Origin: Octopus bimaculoides
Lineage: Eukaryota
DNA length: 44,685 bases
Reading direction: 5' to 3'
NCBI RefSeq assembly: GCF_001194135.2
Contig: NC_068989.1
Coordinates: 79,509,799-79,554,483, forward strand
Shown here: one piece after another, positions 21,322 to 31,920 of the stretch
How the letters are laid out: every line of letters starts with the position of its first letter
How positions within the stretch are numbered: the stretch's first letter is position 1
Program-made: the position numbers and the translations under genes
Notes under the pieces: generated by a model
What the model was told of the DNA's origin: nothing
The model's input: only the letters and a program-made list of their open reading frames with translations
Database searches by the model: none

Positions 21322-21432
21322 GGTATATCTGATCACGTATAGAAAAATGGAGACCACCTCCCCCTGTGGGACGAAGTTAAAATAATAGACAGAGAACACT
21401 GGAAAATACGAAAACTAAAAGAAGCAGCACAT
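21322..21432 (+). mobile_element. Penelope-like element, GIY-YIG endonuclease C-terminal fragment
   Basis: GISDHV*KNGDHLPLWDEVKIIDREHWKIRKLKEAAH matches the PLE GIY-YIG tail pattern (ADH.W...H.P.W..V.IIDRE.....RK.KE..H). Confidence 0.75.
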
Positions 21433-21627
21433 AATGTACATAATTCCTCATCTCTTAAATATAGAACTGAATTAATTTACTATTAAATAATAATAGAATA
21501 TAATAATATAAATTGTTTACATGTTCTTGAGTTATGAAGGTATTTGTCAGGATATTAGAATTTTCTTATAATCAAATATAATTTCATCATACACTTTGTC
21601 TGTCATTCATGACAGACTAATTTATTT

Positions 21628-21667
21628 ATTATACATACATACATACATACATACATACATACATACG

Positions 21668-21720
<53 letters not shown>
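21628..21720. repeat. (CATA)n-(TA)n
   Basis: Directly visible. Confidence 0.97.
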
Positions 21721-21721
<1 letters not shown>

Positions 21722-22086
21722 CATATATTAATGTATTCAAATTGAAATATGATAGCATATCTTTCTCCATATCTATGTAACCATCTTCGTTTCTTTACGT
21801 ATATGCGCTTGCAGATATGCCAGAGAACCCTCACACACATACTTGCACACATATATTCATAGCAGACATGTACTCTATAGGAATTAACAGTATTTGCAAA
21901 ATTTGATCTAGAAGGAATTCTCATCAACTATTTCAATCTTTCAATTATAATGTCTGATCTGATGGTACGTCTGATGATAAATACAACTAAATTTGCTTCG
22001 TAAACATTGCACTTAATTTGTTTTAGCTGCTTATAATACTTGATTTTGTTATATTAAAATACTGACAAATACATACACAAAAATAC

Positions 22087-22165
22087 TTGTATATATATAT
22101 ATACATTTGCAAATGGACAGCTATATATGCATATAGCTATGTAAGGTATATGTTATATATATATA

Positions 22166-22207
<42 letters not shown>

Positions 22208-22325
22208 TGTGTGTATGCATGCATGTATGTATGTATGTATGTATGTATTGTGTGTATGTATGTATGCATGTATTGTGTATGTATGCATGTATGTATGCAT
22301 GTATGTATGCATGTATGTATGTATA
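22087..22325. repeat. (TA)n-(TG)n-(TATG)n compound repeat
   Basis: Directly visible. Confidence 0.95.
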
Positions 22326-22870
22326 CAGAATGTGTATGAGAAAGAAATGGGGGCCAGAAAGTCTTGTAATGCTTTTAACTAAAACAACAAAATGAATTTG
22401 AGTTCTTGCATAGAAATTGGAAATAATGACTGTTAGCTCTTTAATTCTTGGTGCCATATAATTGAACCTTGAAAAAAAAACAACATAAAAACAGCACCCA
22501 CCTCCACCAAAAACCAGCCAAAAAAGAAAAAAAAGAACCAAAAACTAAAGTCTTCAGCTACATAAAATATATATTTAATTTCATTTTAAGACCTGAAAGT
22601 AACCGGTTTGTCTCTGTAGAAAACAAAATAATTCTCTTTTTCTCATGGAGTCAACGTTAAATATATAAGTATTATACGCGTTGAGTCACTGTTTTTGTTT
22701 CAAAGAATTGACAATGGAACTATAACAGATGTATGTAGTTAGAAAAGAAAACCATAATTCGACCTTTTAAATTTTGCATAAAGTGAAATACCCATCTAAT
22801 TCTTATGAAGTAATAATGTTTGAAAAAAATAAACAAAGTTTTCTCAGTTATCCGCCATATTTTATTTTAG

Positions 22871-23225
22871 TTTATTACTTGTTTTAGTCATAGGACTGTG
22901 GCAATACTGGAGCACCACCTTGTAGGTTTAGTCGAACAAATTGACCTCAAAAACTATATTACATTTGATAGTAATTCTATCGATTCCTTTTGGCGAATCA
23001 GTAATTTACAGAGATATAAGCAAACCAACACCGATTATCAAGCAGAGGGGAAACAAACATACACATATATACGGCGGACTTCTCGCAGTTTCCTTCTACC
23101 AAATTCACTAACATTGGTTGATATGGGATTTTAACAGAAAAAAACATTTGACCAGAGTACCGCGCATTGTGAATGAACCCCAAACTACGTGACAGGAGTG
23201 CAAGCTTCCTAACTAAGCGTCCATG
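22871..23225 (-). mobile_element. SINE family B, near full length, diverged
   Basis: ttacttgttttagtcataggactgtggcaatactggagcaccacc ... ggcggacttctcgcagtttccttctaccaaattcac ... gtaccgcgcattgtgaatgaaccc. Confidence 0.8.
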
Positions 23226-23299
23226 TCAGTTTGTCTCTATGTTTGAGAGTTACGCTTTTAAAAGCTTTAACGGAAGATCGAAATAAATGGCATAATAAA

Positions 23300-24500
23300 A
23301 ATATTGATTAGGTCTTTGATTTCCGGAGTATAAAATGTCAAAGTTGACCGCGGCAGTATTTGAAAATAGAATTCAAAGATCCGATAGAAATATTGAGAAT
23401 TATTTTATTCATCTTTCTTAACGGTTCTGCTGATGCACTGCTGTTTATAGAAAAATAGTTTCTGATATAGGCATCGGGAGAGGAACTTTGTTCTCAGACT
23501 GTTAATTCCTATAGAGTACTGTTAGTCAATTATATTGACATCAAAGAATTGTCAGGCATTTCGTTATTATAACATATCAAAACAAATTTACTCGACATTA
23601 AATATGGAAGGAAAAATAGCCAATTTTAAACATTTACCATAAAACAGATTCAGAACTTACGCTATGAAAGAAAATGGAAGACATAATCGAAATCTTTAAC
23701 ATAATGAAACAATAACATGTACATCTCTAATTTTATATATCAAAATAGAGATAAGAAGCACTTATACATCGTGGAATTTCCACAGCTCTACTTTGTACTA
23801 TAATTACTTCCAGCCCGGACTCAGTGACATGCTTATTTATGGAATGTATAGTGGTGGTAGAGGTTGTGGTGGTGAGGTTCTTTTTCTGATTCATAAAATC
23901 GACCTGCGATACTGGATTGGTAATCTATTTTATCGATCCACTAAATATGAGCGCCAAAATCAACAGGGCCAAATGACTCTGAACATAAAGAGAAGCAATT
24001 TTAAATACTGCAGAACATTTTATCTGCAAATGCTCTAGAGATCATACCAGTAACTGCCCGTCGTATAAAAATAATTTCCAACATAAGCACAACGCCTGGA
24101 GATTTAAGGCCGATTATAAGATCCATACCTGATTGTTACTTTATTTCGTAAATCTCGGAAGGCTGAAAAAGCCATGTTGATGTTGGCATCATTTGAATTC
24201 AGAAGGTGAAAAGCCGAAAGAAATAGAGTGTAATTTTTTCCCGAGCCTCTGGCGATTCTGTCAAGTCACCAGTTCACCAATCTGTATATAATATGCATTC
24301 CTGATTTAAGCACAAGGCCAGAAAATTTGTGAGTGGTTAGTCGATTACTTTGACCGCCATTACTTTACTGGTACTGTATTTCTATCGACTCATAAAGGAT
24401 GAAAGATAAAGTAAACCTCGACGGAATTAGAACTGACCGCAAATGACCGGAAGAAATACCGTAAAGCATTTGGCCCAACGCTATAACGTTTAGCCAATCC
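23300..24500 (-). mobile_element. Cluster of four decayed SINE family A copies (about 23300-23400, 23895-24025, 24085-24270, 24300-24500)
   Basis: Each shows the tcgat/ggtact/tatcga/atgaaa/aaagt/tttgaa core order in the same orientation; the 24300 copy is the clearest. Confidence 0.6.
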
Positions 24501-24571
24501 ACTTTTCTTAAAAGAAGAAAGCATGCGCGCACGACTTGGAATTTTGCGGCAAAGTGGTCTAGTGGATTAGT

Positions 24572-24990
24572 CAAATCAAATCAAGTTTATTGGCAAGAGA
24601 AGAGCACAATGTGCTTAAGCCATGTAAAAAAACACAAAACAAAACAGTTGTTGTTATATACAGTTTTATACATAGTCGCAACATTTGTCCAGAGCCTCTT
24701 TGAACAGGGGAGTGGTGGGCAGTTGAATGACATCTTGTGGTAGCTTGTTCCACGGAACTGTGATACGGACGGAGAATGCGGCTTTCCGCCTGTTGAATCG
24801 AAAGTGTCGGCGATACAGTTTGCGATCATGCCCACGAAAACCTCTATCCGGCGCAGGGGTGAAAAACTCCGCAAATGGTAGGCTTACATCTCCGTTGAAG
24901 ATGTTGAAAGCCAGGATGAGATCCCCCCGCATCTTCTATCGTTCGAGTGAAGGTAATGCCAGCAGTTGGAGACGTATGTACCTCTGTATG
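24572..24990 (-). mobile_element. CR1-clade LINE, 5'-truncated 3' end (end of ORF2, 3' UTR, (TTTGA)n tail)
   Basis: YIRLQLLALPSLER*KMRGDLILAFNIFNG...RGHDRKLY...RKAAFSVRITVPWNKLPQDVI...FKEALD is the canonical CR1 C-terminus (SLE.RR.RGDLI, RGH..KL, FS.RVV..WN.LP, FK..LD). There is one in-frame stop at 24938-24936. Tail tcaaatcaaatcaa at 24572-24585. Confidence 0.93.
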
Positions 24991-25001
24991 ACAGACAGAG
25001 G

Positions 25002-25225
25002 TACATACATACATATACACACATGCACACACATACATAATAAAAAAAACACACACACACAAATGCAGAATACATACATGCATACATGCAAACACACACA
25101 TACATACATATATACATACACACACATACATAGATATATACATATGCACACATACACACAGACATACATACACACATGCACACATACATGCATGCATACA
25201 TACACACACACTGAGACACGCGCAT
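25002..25225. repeat. (CATA)n/(CA)n compound repeat
   Basis: Directly visible. Confidence 0.9.
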
Positions 25226-25419
25226 GCGCAAAAACAAACAAAAGCAACAACAGAACGCAGCGTAAATAACGGACAGAGTCAAGACTATTGAAAAGGTTGC
25301 AAGACGCCATGAAAATTTTAGGAAAATAAAAATAAGAAATAAGTGGAAATTTTACCGGTGAGTGTGTTAAATTTTAAGGCACAATAAGAAAATGACTCTC
25401 CCCAGACACAACAGTATAT

Positions 25420-25607
25420 ACATAAATATATATATATATATATATATATACATACATATACACACACACATATATACATATTCATACACGCACACATATA
25501 TACACACATAGATGGAGAGAGCTAGATAGATAGATATATATACACACATGCACATCACACACATATGCATATATATAATGCTATATATGCGAGTGCGTGT
25601 CTGTTTT

Positions 25608-25664
<57 letters not shown>

Positions 25665-25675
25665 TGTGTGTGTAT
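25420..25675. repeat. (TA)n/(CA)n/(TG)n/(AG)n compound repeat
   Basis: Directly visible. Confidence 0.93.
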
Positions 25676-25839
25676 CATTTTATAATGACTCTAGTCCTGA
25701 TTTTCTTATTCTATAGTCCTATTCTACTCGTTTTGCGAAAATTCTTATACATAGACAAAATATATCGTTTTATATAATTCCTCTAATACATACGAACGCA
25801 CAAACATATTATATGTCTATCTTTATGTGCATGGGTGTA

Positions 25840-25897
<58 letters not shown>

Positions 25898-25922
25898 CTG
25901 TCTATCTGTCTGTCTGTCTATC
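25840..25922. repeat. (CTAT)n-(CTGT)n
   Basis: Directly visible. Confidence 0.95.
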
Positions 25923-26338
25923 CTTATATATATAGATACAGCAAGAAGATGAAATAAATAGGCTTTAATTACAAAGCACCACAATTGTTTTATAAATAAT
26001 TAGAGAGCAACCCACCTGAGGACGTGCAGGTAAACAGCTAAAGCTGGATCATATTTATTTATCTAATAATTCATATAATATTATGATACGAAACACTTAG
26101 CATCCAACAGCTGTTACCACTGCGCAGAAACAATTATATTTCGTAATTAAATACTACTTATTTCATCTCCCTTTATAAACTTCTATATAAATTCTGTAGA
26201 CTAACGGAGTTCCACATGTATTTCCAGAATAAGAAATAACTTTGCTGTATGCTGGCATATAGTAGCTGATAATCGTATAGGTGCTCGAAATGCACGCTAT
26301 GATATTATTACTCAGATAATATTCAATAAATAACTGTG

Positions 26339-26660
26339 AAGGCGCATGGCTTAGTACTTATGGTAACCGGTTCACGAACTCAAGGTCGTGAGTTCGATTC
26401 TCGGCGACGCGTTGTAACCTTGATTAAGACACTTTATTTCACGTTGCTCCAGTCCATTCAGATGGCAAAAATGAGTTGCACCTGTGATTCAAAAGAACGG
26501 CCTTATCACATTGTGCGTCACACTGAATTTTCTCGAGAATTACCTTAAGGGTACACGTGTCTGTGGAGTGGTCAGCCACTTGCATGTTAGTTTCACGAGC
26601 AGGCTGTTCGGTTGATCGGATTAACTGGAACCTTCGTCGTCGTAACATACGGTGTGCTAC
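26339..26660 (+). mobile_element. SINE family C, near full length, tRNA-derived head
   Basis: A-box-like tggcttagt and B-box gagttcgattctc, then ccttgattaagacactttatttcacgttgctccagtcc and a tail ending ctggaaccttcgtcgtcgtaac. No cloverleaf or CCA end, so not a tRNA gene. Confidence 0.8.
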
Positions 26661-26784
26661 AGTATATATACATATATATAATAAAATAGAGAATTGAGAG
26701 AGTTTTTTTCCTTATATTTACAGCTGTTTTGTAATGCATCGCAATCGACGAAGTGCCAGTTAATATAGAATAAATAATAAATCA

Positions 26785-26824
<40 letters not shown>

Positions 26825-27074
26825 TACACACACGGACGCACAGACTTATATAAGAATCTCTATGATTTTATTTAAATTTATGCATGTGTAGGAGTAATGT
26901 TATCATTTGGAAAAATTATGTTTCGTTAGTAAAAACGAAAAAGGATTATTCAAAGCTCAATTTTGTTTCCGGTGTGACAGGTATAATCTGTATAAGTGTA
27001 TATAATTTCAATTCACAATAACCTAAAAAAGCGTATTGCCTTCAGATTTTGTTCTCTGTTCTTCATGCCCATTC

Positions 27075-27159
27075 TCTTTCTCTCTCTTCTCTCTCTCTCC
27101 TATTCTCTCTCTCTTCTTCTCTCTCACTCTTCTCTCTCTCTCTTTTCTCTCTCTCTCTT

Positions 27160-27207
<48 letters not shown>

Positions 27208-27418
27208 NNNNNNNNNNNNNNNNNNNNNNNNNNNNNNNNNNNNNNNNNNNNNNNNNNNNNNNNNNNNNNNNNNNNNNNNNNNNNNNNNNNNNNNNNNNNN
27301 NNNNNNNNNNNNNNNNNNNNNNNNNNNNNNNNNNNNNNNNNNNNNNNNNNNNNNNNNNNNNNNNNNNNNNNNNNNNNNNNNNNNNNNNNNNNNNNNNNNN
27401 NNNNNNNNNNNNNNNNNN

Positions 27419-27468
<50 letters not shown>

Positions 27469-27530
27469 CATGCACCCATATATATGTGTGTGTGCGCGTT
27501 TGCATGCGTGTTAGTGTGTGTGTGTGTATC
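27075..27530. repeat. (CT)n-(TA)n-gap 27208-27418-(TA)n-(TG)n
   Basis: Directly visible. Confidence 0.96.
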
Positions 27531-28019
27531 GCTTTTCTACCATCTCTGTGGCTTTTTATCTGACTGCTCTTGCAAGGCATCTTACCAAACAAACTGTTTC
27601 GCATACCAACAGATAGAAACGCACACGGGTTCCCTTCTTACAAAGCATAAGTCATTCACTGTGCTTCTCTGCCTACAATTTTTCCTGTTTATTTTCACAG
27701 CGCTCACCACTGTTACACATATACGTTCACACAAATGTATGTGCACACACACACGCAGACCCACCCACACACATATATATGTACGTTTGTGTGTATGTAT
27801 ATAAGGTTACGCAGACACATCTATACGTATGTGCATGCATTAAATTACGTGAAATAAGCACTATTTACCCCACCCACCGACTATCAACCGCACACGTACA
27901 AGGGTTGAAATCGTAATAATTTTACTCTGCACACAAATCAGGTTGTACAGAGAATATAAATAATAAAACTATATATTTGCATGCGTTTATGTGTATGGGT
28001 GGATATGTGCGTGTAGACA

Positions 28020-28233
28020 CACACATGCATACATGCATGTATATATATATATATATATATACANNNNNNNNNNNNNNNNNNNNNNNNNNNNNNNNNNNNN
28101 NNNNNNNNNNNNNNNNNNNNNNNNNNNNNNNNNNNNNNNNNNNNNNNNNNNNNNNNNNNNNNNNNNNNNNNNNNNNNNNNNNNNNNNNNNNNNNNNNNNN
28201 NNNNNNNNNATATATATATATATATATATATAC
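28020..28233. repeat. (CA/TA)n with assembly gap 28064-28209
   Basis: Directly visible. Confidence 0.96.
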
Positions 28234-28244
28234 AATTAACCAAC

Positions 28245-29905
28245 TAAAGCAATACATATTATTACAAACAGAATTCAGCTATCAACAGGCATATTCCAGG
28301 GTGATAGTTTATCTGTAATGTTGTTTGTCCTGGCAGTGAAGCCCTTGTCAGCCCTCTTAGCAAAATGTCAAGTCTACGTACTGGATATGCAGAAAAGGAT
28401 AAAACTAATGTTACCCACACACTTTTTGTTTTTGACCTAAAGTTATATCATTGTAACATGAACACCATCAAGAGACAATTAAAACTAATCACAAGATTCT
28501 CACGAGACACAGAAATGGAGTTTGGGCAAGATAAATGCTCCTACACTCAACAGAGGAAAGGTTGTCGACCAGACAGAGAAGATGTACATCAATGAATTGT
28601 CCAACACCAATATCTGTAATGCTAAAAACTACACATATCTTGGAATCGATGAGACGCACACGTTGGTGTTGTAACTAAAACCAGCATAGCAAAAGAACAC
28701 TTCTGCAGACCCCAGAAAATATGGAACTCAGAGCTGTCTGTATTTAACAAAACCATATTTCAGAATGCTATTGAAGTGCCAGTGCTAGTACAACATTTGG
28801 GATATTAGGCTGAATACTTGAGATCCGCAGCCTGGACATCAAAACTAGAAAGGTACTGACCATTACTGGCAACTTCCACACCAGCAGAGACACCTATAAG
28901 ATATATGTGAAAGGATGTGATGGCGGTAGAAGCATAAGGTTAGTCCAGACAAATTTAGATGTCGCATTGCATCACTCAGACAACACCTGTTGAACAGTAA
29001 GGAGAGAAATGAATACATTCCATGCATACTCAAGAGTGAGAGCAAAAACATCTTTAGAGTTGGAGAACTACGAACAGGTACATGAAGAAAACAACTGTCT
29101 CATGCGACTCAAAGGAGGTTGCACTGGCCTACATAAACAGAAGCTTGGAGGACAATCATGCACCGTACCAACAAAAGGCAATGCATTGGTACATAACCCG
29201 CAAGCTAGAGGGTAGCAATAGTACTGACAGGAAGAGTAGCATCTTCTGGGCCTGCAATAAATACATTACATCCTGCCTAGAAGCATGAACCTTCGTTATC
29301 CAGGAACAGGTGATAACGACTAGATATATGATAAGATAGAGTGACAAATATTATCACAAAATCTCCACCTGCTATACCAGTGTGGAAGATATCCCCCACA
29401 TCATCAGCAGTTTCTCCAAAATGTCTACGAGATACCACCTGCACCTGAGGCATGATATAGTTGCAAAGACTATTTGCAACGCTATCCACAGAAAGGATTT
29501 CCTTAACGTGTACATAAAAGGCTTGTGAGAACCAACATGTATTCACAATTCTATAAACAATATTAATGGAACACTCCAATAAAAACGATATTTCCGTTCA
29601 AACATAATTGACCTAATATTGCTCTGTGTGACGAAGAACAAAAGTGATGCACTGCTCTAGAGGGAAGCTGCCCAGCGGATGTGAATGTAATATCAAAAGT
29701 CCTGGAGAAAGAGAACTAATGCAGAAATAATTAATGCAGCACTTACAACGCTTGTATCTTCATTTGTACTCATCATCATAGGTGCATTAGGTTATGTAGC
29801 AAGAAATTAAAACAACAACAAAACAAAACAAGAAATGCCAGGTTTCTGTACTACAATGAGAAGAAACTGAAGCTTGAAAAACATTCCAAAGATCCTTCAT
29901 CTGAG
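28245..29905 (+). mobile_element. R4/Dong-clade LINE, decayed: RT C-terminal half, thumb, zinc knuckle, restriction-like endonuclease
   Basis: GIFQGDSLSVMLFVLAVKPLS; THTLFVFDLKLY (FVDDLKLY-like catalytic motif, mutated); FSRDTEMEFGQDKC; YTYLGIDE; IWNSELSVFNK; LDIKTRKVLT..GNFH; MHW; FVIQEQVITTRY; VEDIPHIIS/MSTRYHLHLRHDIVAK; HN*PNIAL...EGSCPADVN; IIIGALGYV. Multiple stops and frameshifts. Confidence 0.92.
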
Positions 29906-30374
29906 AATATTTAGGTGAACAGATGCACGCACTCGGGTGTGTGTACTGACAGCTCATACAACATACCACACAACAACATACTTATATACATCTGGAAACT
30001 CTTTTGACTGAAATAGTCTTCTTGTATCGTTAGCGACCGGCTTCGACTCTCTTAAGAACTGAAATAAAACTTAAAGAAAAGTACACACACGCACACACAC
30101 ACACGCTCATCACACGTTCACACATATAAATACACATACACATACAGAAAGAGGTAGATAGATGAACACAGACAGGTAGATAGCTAGTTATCAAGGTAGA
30201 TAGATAGATGGATACACAAAACAGAAATTTCTTTGTAACATAATGCAACAAAGGGTTCCATGATGATCCGTTCTTGTTAAGCGTCCAAGTGGATTTGGAA
30301 CACCTAGTGCAGGGTTCCAAGCAACCATTATAATGAAATCTATGCAGAAACTAATAATATAAACTCATTTTTAT

Positions 30375-30399
30375 CTTAATCTCTCTCTCTCTCTGTCAG

Positions 30400-30439
<40 letters not shown>

Positions 30440-30472
30440 GCGCGCATAAATACGCATGCATACACACACACA
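30375..30472. repeat. (CT)n-(CA)n
   Basis: Directly visible. Confidence 0.93.
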
Positions 30473-30820
30473 GAGTTAAAGGAAGGATATGGTATTCAGG
30501 CAGATTTCTCTCAGTAAATGCCAAGGCTGGTGGTTCCTTTCGATGGTGCGTTTTTTGGTAATCTACCTTCAGCTCTTATCTGATGTTCCAATTTATTTCT
30601 TGGTTACTTAGAGCTTAAAGAACAATATTAAAATGAGGGGAAGGACAATTTGAACATTGAAACTTCATGTTTATTTCCTGTTAGAATAAAAGTCCTACAC
30701 GTATTTCGAATGCACAAATCGCATATTGTTGCATATTAATATGCAGTGATTTATTGATGCGATCTCTTCAGGGAAAATAAATTTGACATCGTTTCAAGAG
30801 GAATTTTCCTTCTCAATTAC

Positions 30821-30967
30821 TTTGAATCATATTTGGTAGCAGTATTGCACTCTGAACGTTCCTCAATGGGATGTTTTCTCGACTGTTTGTTTGGGCAAAA
30901 TTCAGTCGCATCAGCAGCAGTGATTGTTGAAGTCAACAATTGTTTGTGGTTAGGCTGGGAGTGGTTA
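30821..30967 (-). CDS. Candidate internal exon, 147 nt, phase 2-2 ((Y)NHSQPNHKQLLTSTITAADATEFCPNKQSRKHPIEERSECNTATKYDS(K)); alternative in-frame acceptor at 30996
   Basis: Open frame ending at donor AAA|gtaatt; both junctions are compatible with the neighbouring exons (TA|T = Tyr, AA|A = Lys). The acceptor polypyrimidine tract is weak. Confidence 0.5.
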
Positions 30968-31280
30968 CTTATAGAATACTTATTTTTTGAATGATTCTAC
31001 ATGCTTTACAGTCACAAGGCATATTAATGGAATTCAGAGTTGATTGTATTATTTGAATTTAGTGGAGGTTAGTAGAATAAGAGATAAAAAGTCTTTGATA
31101 CAATATTATATATTTGAAAAAGAACAATTAGAAATTGGTTTTTCTGATAATTTTTGCATTTTAATAATTAGATGTTTATAAATTATTAGGCGTTTACAAA
31201 TTGCCCGAAACACCTAAGTTATAAACATCTAATTATTAAAGTGAAAAAAATTATCAGAGAAGCCATTTCTATTCATCTTT

Positions 31281-31289
31281 CCACACACA

Positions 31290-31346
<57 letters not shown>

Positions 31347-31378
31347 CACACACACACACAAACAACACACACACACAT
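31281..31378. repeat. (CA)n
   Basis: Directly visible. Confidence 0.97.
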
Positions 31379-31380
31379 AT

Positions 31381-31490
31381 ATTGGTGGGGATAAGAAGGC
31401 TGCCTCCCAACTCCATGATTTTGAGTTCAGTCCTACGGCGTGCAACCTTGGGCTAGTGTTTTCTATTATAGCACCGAACCGACGAGGGTG
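31381..31490 (+). mobile_element. SINE family B 5' head
   Basis: ggataagaaggctgcctcccaactccatgattttgagttcagtcctacggcgtgcaaccttgggctagtgttttctattatagc. Confidence 0.75.
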
Positions 31491-31557
31491 AAAGTTTTTG
31501 TTTATTTAATACGATCTTACGCGTATTTATCAAATGATGATAATTACCTGCTAGACA

Positions 31558-31920
31558 TATTCTTTTCTACTCTAGGGGTAGAGGGAGGCGGCTAGTCGAT
31601 TAGATCAACCTCAGTACGCAACTGGTACTTAATATATAGACCCGAAAGGATAAAGACAAAGTCGACCTCGGCGGAATTTGAACTCAGAACATAAAGACAG
31701 ACGAAATACCATTAAGCATTTCACCCGGCGTGCTAACTTTCTTATTTCTTTATTGCTCACAAGGGACTAAACATAGAAGGGACAAACAAGGACAGACAAA
31801 GGGATTAAGTCGATTACATCGACCCCATTGCGTAACTGTTTCTTAATTTATCGACCCCGAAAGGATGAAAAGCAAAGTCGACCTCGGCGGAATTTGAACA
31901 CAGAACGTAAAGACAGACGA
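31558..31920 (-). mobile_element. Head-to-tail dimer of two SINE family A monomers with different 3' tails, flanked by a 13-bp TSD
   Basis: The core aaagtcgacctcggcggaatttgaa occurs twice (about 31658 and 31874). Direct repeat CCTGCTAGACATA (31547-31559) / CCTACTAGACATA (31923-31935). Confidence 0.88.

Noticed and set aside
24727-25269. 180-aa plus-strand ORF
   Set aside because: Antisense shadow of the CR1 ORF2 running into a microsatellite.
26339-26410. Possible tRNA gene (also 1540-1612, 7190-7255 and 31381-31450)
   Set aside because: A/B-box-like motifs belong to SINE heads; no full cloverleaf and they continue into SINE bodies.
27586-27636. 51-nt minus-strand exon candidate with a GTAAGA donor
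   Set aside because: Weak AAG acceptor; in the host phase its junction with exon 14845 gives TGA; lies among microsatellites inside a probable LINE interruption.
30200-30335. Minus-strand block open in two frames after acceptor tttctgcatag
   Set aside because: No credible donor, so frame and extent cannot be fixed.
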